From a virus, in IMG/VR virus record IMGVR_UViG_3300029024_000001: a stretch of 64,000 nucleotides of DNA, one strand, 5' to 3'. Every line of letters begins with the position of its first letter. The stretch's first letter is position 1. Shown piece by piece: positions 55,496 to 64,000 of this stretch. Made by a program: the position numbers and the translations under genes. A model generated the notes under the pieces. It was not told where the DNA came from and did not search any database. It saw only the letters and a program-made list of their open reading frames with translations.

Positions 55496-55955
55496 TCTTC
55501 TTCTCGCCTAATTTTTCAGCTCCCTTCTGAAGATCGTATTTGAATACATCAATGATCTTCGTTTCAGCAATAGCTTCGCAATTCCAGTCTCCTAACGTGC
55601 CCTGCATACCTTTAGTTAACACAGCCTCAGCGTCTTTCGGATTGCCGGCCTGGACATACATATAGCATGGCGTTTTCTTTTCTTTACCTTTCTTTTCATC
55701 CAGTGTAATGTAATTCACCTTACACTTATACCAGTACTCAGCTTCTCCGTTGAAGAAGATTTCCGACACTTTAATAGGATTTATTTTAATAATGTCGAAC
55801 ACTTGAAATAAATCCTTGAAAATCTCTAAAGATCTTGATTCTGCCTCTGTATAAGACAAGGCATCTACCAAATACTTTTCAGTTACTTTCTTTTTTTTGC
55901 CGTTCTCGATATTATCAATCTCGGCTTTTACCGTAATTTCAAACCAGCGATTCAT
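55485..55955 (-). CDS. DUF4494-family protein, common in Bacteroides and their phages
   Basis: WFEITVKAEIDNIENGKKKKVTEKYLVDALSYTEAE matches the DUF4494 N-terminal signature as I recall it. Confidence 0.5.
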   Translation of the reverse strand: MNRWFEITVKAEIDNIENGKKKKVTEKYLVDALSYTEAESRSLEIFKDLFQVFDIIKINPIKVSEIFFNGEAEYWYKCKVNYITLDEKKGKEKKTPCYMYVQAGNPKDAEAVLTKGMQGTLGDWNCEAIAETKIIDVFKYDLQKGAEKLGEKKSEE

Positions 55956-55966
55956 TGTATTAATAT

Positions 55967-56242
55967 TTAATTAGTTGATTTCTTTCCTTTCTCTATACTA
56001 TTTTTAAATCTTTCAGAACACCACTGCAAAACATCCATCATCATCATCTCATTATTAGATAAGATGCCTTTTATAATTAACGCCAATTGATGCTGTGACA
56101 TTCTTAGGCTCATATCAAATCTTCTTTCCTCTTCATTTACTATCGTGGCTACGAAATACTTACACCCCTCTAAGTGCGTCAGGGCTTCAATCATAGCTTC
56201 TTTTATCTCTTTTTCTTCCATTTTGTTTGTTTTTTTGGACAA
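55967..56242 (-). CDS. Hypothetical protein of 91 aa
   Basis: ORF. Confidence 0.45.
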   Translation of the reverse strand: MSKKTNKMEEKEIKEAMIEALTHLEGCKYFVATIVNEEERRFDMSLRMSQHQLALIIKGILSNNEMMMMDVLQWCSERFKNSIEKGKKSTN

Positions 56243-56297
56243 AGATATGTCTTTTGATAATAAAAAAGATTCAAAATGATTTAATTTAGCTTAATTA

Positions 56298-56963
56298 CTA
56301 CTCTTTTGATTCGTCCGGCATAGGCATGTCAAACTTTTTCCTGATAAACGATTCTGTTTCTTCATTGAATGGATAGGCCTCCTTAATAAAATTCATAGCT
56401 ACCTCCATATCACCGTCTGCTATATCTTTATACCTTTCAAAGATACCAACCAGGTCATTGTTATATGAACGCTCTTGTTTTATGTTGTACACGTATTTCA
56501 ACACCCTGTCTTTAATTTCATTGGCATTTTTCAAAGTGTTATTGAAGGAATTTATACTTTCCAATTCTGGATCTTGGTTTTCCTTGTTTACCTTATCAAA
56601 CTCTTCTTTGCTATACCCCGCTTCCCCTTTAATAGCCGGGCAAACACTTTCTTTTATGATCCAAAACTGTTCATACGATCCTGTCAGAAACCTTGATTCT
56701 ATTTTAAATGCATTATATTTAACAAGCAAATTAGCCACCTCAGTTGCACCTTCTATGGTTCTAAAACCGATGCCGACATCTTTTAACATAAATACTGGAA
56801 CTCCCGTTCTTGGATACACGACTTCTTTTTCGTTCTTTATATTCCAATTTTTAGCTTCAATTGGAATACCCTTACCAACAAGCTCTTTGTCTATATACAG
56901 ACTTATCTCTTCGTCTGTCAATGCCACAATCTCATCTCTGCTTAAATCAAAAACTGTTTTCAT
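56298..56963 (-). CDS. Hypothetical protein of 221 aa
   Basis: ORF. Confidence 0.5.
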   Translation of the reverse strand: MKTVFDLSRDEIVALTDEEISLYIDKELVGKGIPIEAKNWNIKNEKEVVYPRTGVPVFMLKDVGIGFRTIEGATEVANLLVKYNAFKIESRFLTGSYEQFWIIKESVCPAIKGEAGYSKEEFDKVNKENQDPELESINSFNNTLKNANEIKDRVLKYVYNIKQERSYNNDLVGIFERYKDIADGDMEVAMNFIKEAYPFNEETESFIRKKFDMPMPDESKE

Positions 56964-57163
56964 TTCTTTTTATTTATTAAATTAAACAATCTACCTCTTT
57001 GTTCAGGCTCCGTATATTCCACCCATATATCGGCTGCCACATTTCTAAGAAATTCCATAAAGTCTTGATGATCCCTGTATTCAACAGAATCAACTTTTCT
57101 CACAAAACTTAGAATTTCCTTTAACATCTTATTGTTTTCTTCAAGAAGTTCTCTGTCGGTCAT
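56960..57163 (-). CDS. Hypothetical protein of 67 aa
   Basis: ORF. Confidence 0.4.
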   Translation of the reverse strand: MTDRELLEENNKMLKEILSFVRKVDSVEYRDHQDFMEFLRNVAADIWVEYTEPEQRGRLFNLINKKK

Positions 57164-57184
57164 GATCTCGTGAAAATATATTAT

Positions 57185-57520
57185 TCAACATGTAATAGGC
57201 AGTAAATTTTCGATGTAGGCCCATCTTACGATATGGAAAATTCTAACAGCTATTTTCCAATTAGAGTTATTTGGCCCACAGACAATAGGAGTTCCATCTT
57301 GTTTAATAGCAATCAACATTCCACTGTGTTGTGGTGTTTCGCTTGCATCATGCCACGCGCTGCTGATGCTCCATTCTGCACCTGCCATGAAGTCTTCATA
57401 GCAATTATCCTTGCGTAAAACATAATCGTCTGCATCCACTTCTTTGAGAACGTTTCGCCGAAAATGTGTTTTACCTATGGTATAATCTTTTGCTGCTTTT
57501 TCAATATCTTCTCGTTTCAT
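57185..57520 (-). CDS. Hypothetical protein of 111 aa
   Basis: ORF. Confidence 0.45.
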   Translation of the reverse strand: MKREDIEKAAKDYTIGKTHFRRNVLKEVDADDYVLRKDNCYEDFMAGAEWSISSAWHDASETPQHSGMLIAIKQDGTPIVCGPNNSNWKIAVRIFHIVRWAYIENLLPITC

Positions 57521-57537
57521 TTCTTTTTAGTTATTCG

Positions 57538-57798
57538 TTAAATACAATTTGTTCGATATGTGTATTCATCAATCATATCATTACCGATAATCTCAGGTAG
57601 CTCAAAAAATCTTGTAACCGGACAAACATGTGCTTCAATCTCCACACAAAGACCGTCACCCGGTATATAGGCACAACCTACGTTATTATTCCAGTTTATA
57701 TGCTTTTGGGCTGCTTTAGCTACTTTATCGCAAGCTGATAAGTATTCAGTATATTTACTGTTAGCTCTTTTTATTTTCCTGAATAGTATATCGTTCAT
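57538..57798 (-). CDS. Hypothetical protein of 86 aa
   Basis: ORF. Confidence 0.4.
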   Translation of the reverse strand: MNDILFRKIKRANSKYTEYLSACDKVAKAAQKHINWNNNVGCAYIPGDGLCVEIEAHVCPVTRFFELPEIIGNDMIDEYTYRTNCI

Positions 57799-57812
57799 TT
57801 CTTTTTATATTA

Positions 57813-58076
57813 TTACCAATCTCCGCCATCATTCGGTATTCCATCAATGATGGTTATACTATTTTCAATGTTACTGCCTCCATATTGCGTAAATTCCGGT
57901 GTGGGATTATAGTTTGTATCTCCATGCATCATTACATGTAATGTTCCGCTTGCTGAATATATCCATAATCGTTTCCCATCTTTCTTCCATTTTTTGGCAA
58001 GCCTCTTAAATGAATCAATTAGCTTGCATTCTTCTTCCGTGCATTCTATTCCGGCTTCTGTTCTGTATTTGCTCAT
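57813..58076 (-). CDS. Hypothetical protein of 87 aa
   Basis: ORF. Confidence 0.4.
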   Translation of the reverse strand: MSKYRTEAGIECTEEECKLIDSFKRLAKKWKKDGKRLWIYSASGTLHVMMHGDTNYNPTPEFTQYGGSNIENSITIIDGIPNDGGDW

Positions 58077-58082
58077 ATCTTT

Positions 58083-58223
58083 TTAAAGTTTATCTATTAT
58101 TTTGTCACCCATTTCCTGCCATTCATCACTCACGCTTATAACCAATCCTATGACAGTGAGTGATAATAACAACGTAAAAATAAGCCATAACAGAAAGCAG
58201 ATAAAAACACATATATACCTCAT
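58083..58223 (-). CDS. Small single-pass membrane protein of 46 aa, not in the ORF track
   Basis: An ATG at 58223 fills the 153-bp gap exactly, leaving 6 nt to each neighbouring gene. The product is MRYICVFICFLLWLIFTLLLSLTVIGLVISVSDEWQEMGDKIIDKL. Confidence 0.45.
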   Translation of the reverse strand: MRYICVFICFLLWLIFTLLLSLTVIGLVISVSDEWQEMGDKIIDKL

Positions 58224-58229
58224 GATTTT

Positions 58230-58982
58230 TTAGTTGTTAGATAAAAGCAAAATCGGTTCATTTGACTCCGCAATTGCTTTTATTTGTTCTGGATTGATAA
58301 AACTCTTAATTTGTTCACTTATCTTACAAATAGATTTGATCATATCAACGAATAATTTTGAGGTGCATTCGTTGCATTCCACTTCCATTACCGGCTTATA
58401 TCGATTGTATGACATACCTGCTACACAATTCAGCCAGTGTGTATAAGTTCCTTTTTCTGCATTCAATCTATCGTATTCTACTTTTTTCTCTCCATTACCA
58501 TATTCAATTACTCTTTTTAGAAATGGTTTTGCATAAATACTAAAACCGAAAGGTTCGGCATTTAAAGCATCTAAACGAGAAGTTCCATCTCTCCATTCTC
58601 CATTCTCATAGTTCCCTGTCCATTCCACAGAGGGGTTAGGAACAATGTCTCCGTTTTTGTCATAGGCAAATAAACAGAGAGTTTCTAACTGATACTTAAT
58701 AACAGGTACTTCTTCTACTATTTTATAGCTTAAACACCTCTCCAGGACTTTCCTGATTTGATTTTCCAGATCAGAAAGTGATGTGCTATTGAAATATCCT
58801 TCGTTGCCTAATCTGTTGACAGGTAATTTGATCTTATAAGAATGAATCTTGTCCACATCTTCTTTTGATAAAGTAGTGGTAAACACTCCTTCTTTGGTGA
58901 CATTCACTTTAACAGTTACAGATAAACTGTTATTGGTATTCTTTTCCGTTATATTTAGTGTTGTTAATGCTGCCATAATCAA
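58230..58982 (-). CDS. Hypothetical protein of 250 aa
   Basis: ORF. Confidence 0.5.
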   Translation of the reverse strand: MIMAALTTLNITEKNTNNSLSVTVKVNVTKEGVFTTTLSKEDVDKIHSYKIKLPVNRLGNEGYFNSTSLSDLENQIRKVLERCLSYKIVEEVPVIKYQLETLCLFAYDKNGDIVPNPSVEWTGNYENGEWRDGTSRLDALNAEPFGFSIYAKPFLKRVIEYGNGEKKVEYDRLNAEKGTYTHWLNCVAGMSYNRYKPVMEVECNECTSKLFVDMIKSICKISEQIKSFINPEQIKAIAESNEPILLLSNN

Positions 58983-58994
58983 ATCTTTTTAAAA

Positions 58995-59246
58995 TCAATT
59001 TGAATAAATATAATGCATTCCTGCTTCATATACCTTATGTATATCAGGGTCATTCTTGTCTTCCGGTTCCAATTCACTCTCTTCAAGAGTATAATCCCAT
59101 TCAGAGTTGTAGTACATATTCTCATTTGTTTTCTCCAAGGAGCAATCTTTCATCAAATTCAGATATTCTCCCCAAACTGCAACTTCCTGCTGTTGCTCTT
59201 CTTCTGTCATAAGAGATATTTTGTCTTTCAATTCTTTCCAAGTCAT
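58995..59246 (-). CDS. Hypothetical acidic protein of 83 aa
   Basis: ORF. Confidence 0.4.
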   Translation of the reverse strand: MTWKELKDKISLMTEEEQQQEVAVWGEYLNLMKDCSLEKTNENMYYNSEWDYTLEESELEPEDKNDPDIHKVYEAGMHYIYSN

Positions 59247-59275
59247 AGCTTGATTTATAAAAGGTGATTACTAAT

Positions 59276-59659
59276 TTATTCCACATCAAAAAGTTGATCC
59301 AATACCAATAATTCTGCATTCATATCTTCATCTTTTTGGAAACGAACCTTTATGTTTCCGAACTTAGATGTTTTAAATAAGATGTAAGGATTCATATCTT
59401 CGGCAGTCACCGGCTTATACTCCTTAACTTCCGACATCTTGAGATACCAGTCACCTATTTTCACAAATTTGGAGAAGACAGAACACAAATGCGCTTTCAC
59501 GGACAGTATTTCCCTTTTATCTTTAAAGGGTATAATTTCCTCCTTCCCTCTTATCCTGATTGATAGGAAAGGACGAATGTTGTCTGTTTCATTTTGGAAT
59601 CTGAAGCCTGTTATGGCTTGCTTTGGGATTCTTCTCCCCATTAATACAAAATAGCTCAT
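59276..59659 (-). CDS. Hypothetical protein of 127 aa
   Basis: ORF. Confidence 0.45.
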   Translation of the reverse strand: MSYFVLMGRRIPKQAITGFRFQNETDNIRPFLSIRIRGKEEIIPFKDKREILSVKAHLCSVFSKFVKIGDWYLKMSEVKEYKPVTAEDMNPYILFKTSKFGNIKVRFQKDEDMNAELLVLDQLFDVE

Positions 59660-59671
59660 TGTTGAAAATAT

Positions 59672-60469
59672 TTAATTAGACATAAATATACAAGTTTTAC
59701 TAAGATATCCTTCTGTCATCTCTATGAAATTCACACAATCTAATTTGCTTAACTTGTAAATCAATGCCGGATTGTGTACTATGGCTATAATTTGTGTTTG
59801 TGGTTTATGGAATGACAATACATTATAAATTTGCATTATGTTATCAATATCAAGATTCCTGTCTGGCTCATCCATGAGAACCGTGTATTCAAAACTGCTT
59901 TTTGTTAATGCTATGCGGTTTCTTTTATAATACTTCAACAGGTTATCAATTCTTTTAATCCAAAACGCATTTGATTTTTTCTTGTATTCTACAAGATCTT
60001 GTATTGGAAACGTATAATCCTTCTGACTGAACATTAAATTGAAAAGCGATTCCAATGATAACACCACTTTCTCTCCATAAGATTTTCGAATATTATTCAC
60101 ATACAAATCTAAATTGCTGATGTTTTTCAATATACTATCTCGATTCATCTCCGCCGATGGCAATAAACGGAATACTTTCCCTGCATAATCGGATGATATG
60201 TCAATCCCATCAAAAACCTTATCATCGTCATCAAATATAGGTGGAAAATCCAGTGCCTCGGTCGGCATTTCAGAGCACATGGATTTCTCGCATAACGCAT
60301 ACATTGATATGATGTTAAGCAAGGTTGATTTTCCGCTACCGTTTTTACCTATAATTACATTCACTCCTGGCTTGAAAATAAATTTCTTGCCATTTTCAAA
60401 TGCTTCTATATCCGAAACATATTCAAATGGAGTTTTTGTATTGTCTTTTATTTTTACCGATGTTATCAT
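59672..60469 (-). CDS. ABC-type (AAA_21-like) ATPase, standalone
   Basis: It has Walker A GKNGSGKSTLLNII, a Walker B and D-loop VLMDEPDRNLD, and an H-loop IIAIVHNP. Confidence 0.6.
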   Translation of the reverse strand: MITSVKIKDNTKTPFEYVSDIEAFENGKKFIFKPGVNVIIGKNGSGKSTLLNIISMYALCEKSMCSEMPTEALDFPPIFDDDDKVFDGIDISSDYAGKVFRLLPSAEMNRDSILKNISNLDLYVNNIRKSYGEKVVLSLESLFNLMFSQKDYTFPIQDLVEYKKKSNAFWIKRIDNLLKYYKRNRIALTKSSFEYTVLMDEPDRNLDIDNIMQIYNVLSFHKPQTQIIAIVHNPALIYKLSKLDCVNFIEMTEGYLSKTCIFMSN

Positions 60470-60480
60470 TGTAATTCTTT

Positions 60481-61353
60481 TTAAAAATCAATTACCGTCC
60501 GAACCATGTCTCCGATGTGCTTGTTGCCGGTGCCCGTGAGACCACTGGAGAAGACCACGTACCACGCGACGGCCTGGCTGCTCTCAGTACTGGACCAATA
60601 CCACGTCGAGGAGAGGGGAGATGCCGAAACATAAGTGAATGCTTTGTTTAGTTCGTCCATATAATGGGCCATTAAATTTAATTGACCAAGAGATGGTATA
60701 TACTCGCCATCTTCCAGCAGATTTCTCAATTTTGGATTTCTGGCTACAAGGCGTTCCGTATTGCCGCGTCCGTCAATGTCAAACAGCGCATCACATTCAC
60801 GTTCGTAATATGTCCCACTTCCGGATTCTTCACGGCTATCATCGTCAAGCAATTGTACGATATCATGTTCCGTCAGTGAGATTGCAAATGACATGTATCT
60901 GTGCTTCAACCCAATGTATCGTACACAATCTTTGGAGTTATCGCCGGTAAACGGCTCTACATGTCCATCTTTGTAGATTATATACAGTCCATCAGTTGAC
61001 TTTTTCTTATCCTCTTCGGATGGTACTCTGTTTTCACATGTACATTTCTCACTTTTGGATCTTACGATTATATTCAACTCATTTAATACATGATCCCTGA
61101 TGACGCTCTCGCACGCTCTTCTTACAAAATTATGATCTCTTTGTTTAAGCTCATCTGTTACCATACATCTGATCCAATGTTCTATCTGATTGTTTCCTCC
61201 GTATGTATTAAGCATACACCGTTTTACGAGTTTTTCCAATAATGGCTCTATGTTTTTGATTATATCTTCTTTGGTAAGGTGAAGTTCATTTAATATATAG
61301 TTCCTTACTGCCTTGTATTCTTTACTTGTGCTCATAATATACCGATTTAACAT
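60481..61353 (-). CDS. DUF1566 (Lcl C-terminal domain) protein
   Basis: The C-terminus reads TWYWSSTESSQAVAWYVVFSSGLTGTGNKHIGDMVRTVIDF, preceded by YIPSLGQLNLMAHYMDEL. This matches the DUF1566 YWSST...AW.V.F..G....K.....VR.V signature. A sharp GC-rich island is embedded at 60488-60610. Confidence 0.5.
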   Translation of the reverse strand: MLNRYIMSTSKEYKAVRNYILNELHLTKEDIIKNIEPLLEKLVKRCMLNTYGGNNQIEHWIRCMVTDELKQRDHNFVRRACESVIRDHVLNELNIIVRSKSEKCTCENRVPSEEDKKKSTDGLYIIYKDGHVEPFTGDNSKDCVRYIGLKHRYMSFAISLTEHDIVQLLDDDSREESGSGTYYERECDALFDIDGRGNTERLVARNPKLRNLLEDGEYIPSLGQLNLMAHYMDELNKAFTYVSASPLSSTWYWSSTESSQAVAWYVVFSSGLTGTGNKHIGDMVRTVIDF

Positions 61354-61814
61354 TGTGAATCATATTTTCTTTCTCTCCCGCTGTCTTCCCCTATCGGATT
61401 GTCCCATCCATATTTTACAGCCGTAGCTTTAAATAGAGGGAGTCCATAAAATGCATAATCATCCTCACTCCAGCCTTCAAGACCTTCTTCCAGAATGTAG
61501 TTCCACATCATCACACATTCAAACATCAAACTGGCTGATATTCCTCTCTGATTTAATGCCTTTTCAAAACCGAATCTTACGTCTTCTTCAAGCTGTTTCA
61601 GGACATTTTCTCTGGTAAATTCAACTACAGTACTGTTCCACTTTTCCTCGTTGTCATATTCTTCATTCGGCTCCATACCGAAATCCTTTATCATGCTATA
61701 TGGAACAAATTTAGCCAGTCTGTTAAAATCTCTACCGTCTAAACATTTTGATGTTAATTCTTTAAGTTGTTCTAATGTTTTCATAAGCAATTTTGTTTTA
61801 TAGGTTAATCCCAT
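61347..61814 (-). CDS. Hypothetical protein of 155 aa
   Basis: ORF. Confidence 0.45.
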   Translation of the reverse strand: MGLTYKTKLLMKTLEQLKELTSKCLDGRDFNRLAKFVPYSMIKDFGMEPNEEYDNEEKWNSTVVEFTRENVLKQLEEDVRFGFEKALNQRGISASLMFECVMMWNYILEEGLEGWSEDDYAFYGLPLFKATAVKYGWDNPIGEDSGRERKYDSQC

Positions 61815-62482
61815 CCTCCAGTAGCATACAAAGATACATCTTCCTCATCTACATTTACACCTTTAAGAGCCTGTAGAAGTTTTTTCTTTGTCTCCCGGCA
61901 CATATTGTAACCATATCCTTTATACCGATATGAGCGTTCCCATGTGCTTACTGGAAAAGGAATATTTTCATCAATGACCAGTCTCTTCATATGAAGATGT
62001 TCGAAGAATTTCTCATGGTAGAGTAGTTTGTACTCGTATGCTACTATACTTGCAGATGAGAATGGAAAATAATCATCTTCCTCTTCTTCGTATTCCTCTT
62101 CTTCGTATTTAGGCTCCTTGTAGTAAGCCATTTTTGCCACAGTAAAGTCGAAGCTCCTGAGAATCTCTTCTGGCTTTCCGAACTCTGACTCTATGAACTC
62201 TACCCATACCTTTTCTCCCTCTTTCTGGAATGCGCATACCTTCTCATTCCTGTACTTAAATTTCCATCCTTCTTTCTGATGTTTTTCATCATTGAACAAA
62301 TCAACAGCTTCCTGAAAATCGTCTTCGCTTTCAAAGAAAATATCAATATCTTTTACTTTTTCTCCGGAAAGGATATTCTTAAAACATCCACCAGCTATGA
62401 ATCCTTTGTGGCCTTCCATATACTTGTCAAGCCATCTTATTTGCCAGAAATTATCTGGAGTATCTATTACAAAATTATTCAT
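61805..62482 (-). CDS. Pol-beta-superfamily nucleotidyltransferase resembling the head domain of CCA-adding enzymes or poly(A) polymerases
   Basis: AGGCFKNILSGEKVKDIDIFF fits the GGxVRDxLLGxxxxDxD motif. RSFDFTVAKMAY fits RRDFTINA. The product is only 225 aa. Confidence 0.45.
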   Translation of the reverse strand: MNNFVIDTPDNFWQIRWLDKYMEGHKGFIAGGCFKNILSGEKVKDIDIFFESEDDFQEAVDLFNDEKHQKEGWKFKYRNEKVCAFQKEGEKVWVEFIESEFGKPEEILRSFDFTVAKMAYYKEPKYEEEEYEEEEDDYFPFSSASIVAYEYKLLYHEKFFEHLHMKRLVIDENIPFPVSTWERSYRYKGYGYNMCRETKKKLLQALKGVNVDEEDVSLYATGGWD

Positions 62483-62797
62483 ATTGTTTATGTTTTGCCG
62501 TTACCAAGCGAGATAAAAATTCCGCTTCACAATAATACAATGAGTGTAATTACTCAGGTCGATTCCGTTGTCCGTAAATGCATCCAGGACCCGTTTTTCC
62601 ACGTATTTGAGTTTTACTGTTATCCCCTTCTCAAACACTTCTATTAACTTCTCATTGCACTCAATAGGTCCAATAAGACAGTATCTATTCGAGGGACTGT
62701 CTTATATACAATATGTCTGACATCCTAACATGTTGCTTAAAATATTCTCATACATATTTTCTATATTTTACAATTCTTAGCTATGTTACTTAATTCA

Positions 62798-62827
62798 GCG
62801 GTCATTATCAAATCTGATAGTGACCGC
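62798..62827. promoter_or_regulatory. Near-perfect 13-bp inverted repeat gcggtcattatca / tgatagtgaccgc with a 4-nt spacer, in a 398-bp intergenic region
   Basis: 12 of 13 arm positions pair. GC-rich flanks, ccccgcatgc, sit in an AT-rich context. A T-run follows on the plus strand. It could be an operator or an origin. Confidence 0.45.
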
Positions 62828-62880
62828 CCCGCATGCACATTTTTGAATAAATTTTACTTTTAATAATTTTCTCATTAGAG

Positions 62881-63156
62881 TTATCCTCTATTTACTTTTT
62901 TCTTTATTTCTTCCGCGATCTCTTCTAATGTTGTTGGAGATAAATAATCATCTACCCTCAACTCTCTTACATAACCTAAGCAATCCAGACCCTTAGCGTC
63001 TATTTTCTGCCTCTCTTCGTCGACCCATCTTAAAGTGCCATTTTCTCCACATTCCGGGCATTTATCTGCCCCACATGGAAGAAGCATTTGCGCCCCACAT
63101 AAGACACATCTCACCCAGTCTCCATGCTGCACCCCTTTGTATGTTATTGTTTTCAT
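62881..63156 (-). CDS. Zinc-ribbon protein of 91 aa
   Basis: It has CVLCG...CPECG. Confidence 0.45.
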   Translation of the reverse strand: MKTITYKGVQHGDWVRCVLCGAQMLLPCGADKCPECGENGTLRWVDEERQKIDAKGLDCLGYVRELRVDDYLSPTTLEEIAEEIKKKVNRG

Positions 63157-63161
63157 ATTTG

Positions 63162-63905
63162 TTATCCATTTTTATTAGTTCCTAAAAGATGCTCATTTCC
63201 TTGGTATGGAATACACTCTTTGTATCTCAAACCTCCCAAGCATTCATATTTGTATTCTTCTTCTCTTACTCTGGCAAATAAGTGTAGATTCCAATTTCCC
63301 AAATTGCTTGCTCTCACCAAGACTTGATCGAATGGCTTAAAATCGCATTTCTTTTCTTTAGTCAGCAAGTATTCGTACTCACTTAGATATTGTTTTATTA
63401 TTCCTGCTTTTTTAAGGTTTTCTGTATTAGCAATTCTTTCAGCAAAAGATTTTTTCTCTTCCTCTGTGGCTAATCTAACATACTTGGATTTATCCTCACC
63501 ACACACACTTGTCCATATTGGAACTTCTTCAGATGTAATCTCGCCATATGCCGATATACCATATATGCATCCCATATCTCCTTCTCTATTAATAATACCA
63601 TTATATATAAATGGGTTCCCAAGCGTGCTTATTAATACATCTCCTTTCTTAAAATACGCTCCAGCCTCTACTTCCAATTCCAGAACGTTGTTGAAAAAAG
63701 TACGACCTTCTGTATCGGCATATATAGCACTTATCCCAGATTCATCTTTTTTTACAAAAAGTAAATTATAACGATCTGCACAGTCTTTTGACTCATATAC
63801 AAATTCTATTTTAATATTACCAATTAATACTGAACCTTCTATTTCTCCGCTTTTAATTTTTCTCGCCGTATTTAAATCAAACGGAACAATAATTGGATTT
63901 TCCAT
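63162..63905 (-). CDS. Hypothetical protein of 247 aa
   Basis: ORF. It is the first gene of a minus-strand operon, and an AT-rich putative promoter region lies at 63906-64000. Confidence 0.5.
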   Translation of the reverse strand: MENPIIVPFDLNTARKIKSGEIEGSVLIGNIKIEFVYESKDCADRYNLLFVKKDESGISAIYADTEGRTFFNNVLELEVEAGAYFKKGDVLISTLGNPFIYNGIINREGDMGCIYGISAYGEITSEEVPIWTSVCGEDKSKYVRLATEEEKKSFAERIANTENLKKAGIIKQYLSEYEYLLTKEKKCDFKPFDQVLVRASNLGNWNLHLFARVREEEYKYECLGGLRYKECIPYQGNEHLLGTNKNG

Positions 63906-64000
63906 ATCTTTTTATTTTTAATTACTTGAGTTCAACTTATAAATGCAACTTTTTGGGTGCGGATAATAAGCAATAAAAACATTTATTTTTCAGAGAGGAA

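Noticed and set aside
62540-62570. A tRNA-like T-loop fragment, aggtcgattccg
   Set aside because: No complementary T-stem or acceptor stem can be built on either strand. No other intergenic region gave a cloverleaf. No tRNA is called.
1-64000. Integrase and attP, CRISPR arrays, rRNA
   Set aside because: I found no tyrosine or serine recombinase motifs, no direct-repeat arrays and no rRNA-like sequence.

Overview
This window looks like about 64 kb of a Bacteroidota-infecting, crAss-like (Crassvirales-type) phage genome. It is AT-rich at roughly 35% GC and genes are tightly packed, often with ATGA-type overlaps. Several intergenic regions carry the Bacteroides sigma-A -7 promoter motif TAnnTTTG.

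The first 34 kb encode a plus-strand virion block of seven giant ORFs of 751 to 2214 aa. One of these, at 4285-6540, carries two peptidoglycan-hydrolase domains: a GH24 lysozyme-like domain and a tail-tip-lysozyme-like domain. The block also holds a tandem pair of HExxH zincin-like proteins and two non-coding or accessory islands, at 6.5-8.3 kb and 23.7-26.6 kb, bounded by intrinsic terminators.

A 13-bp-stem bidirectional terminator at 33.97-34.02 kb marks the strand switch. The remaining 30 kb are a minus-strand early and replication block. Recognisable products there include:
- an SF2 helicase
- a Cas4-like PD-(D/E)xK nuclease with a 4-Cys cluster
- a second PD-(D/E)xK nuclease
- a DnaB-family helicase
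- a zinc-ribbon and TOPRIM-like putative primase
- a KilA-N protein
- a dNTP-pyrophosphohydrolase-like protein
- DUF4494, DUF3268-like and DUF1566 proteins
- an ABC-type ATPase
- a CCA-adding-enzyme-like nucleotidyltransferase
- an unexpected SPFH/flotillin-NfeD-acyl-carrier-protein trio

Two IS200/IS605-family TnpB elements sit in this block, about 80% identical at the protein level. One is intact and the other is split by a frameshift that lies exactly at a perfected 13-bp palindrome. Each has a conserved right end that is compatible with a downstream omega-RNA.

Features the gene calls do not explain:
- Three plus-strand stem-loops at 6.80-6.98 kb share an invariant 11-nt loop but have different stems.
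- Sharp, short GC-rich islands with GC-biased codon choice occur repeatedly inside otherwise AT-rich genes.
- A G10 homopolymer lies inside a small beta-rich protein gene at the end of the virion block.
- Several long perfect inverted repeats sit in intergenic positions.

I found no tRNA, rRNA, CRISPR array or integrase. Every call rests on reading the sequence and on remembered family motifs, and none has been checked against a database.
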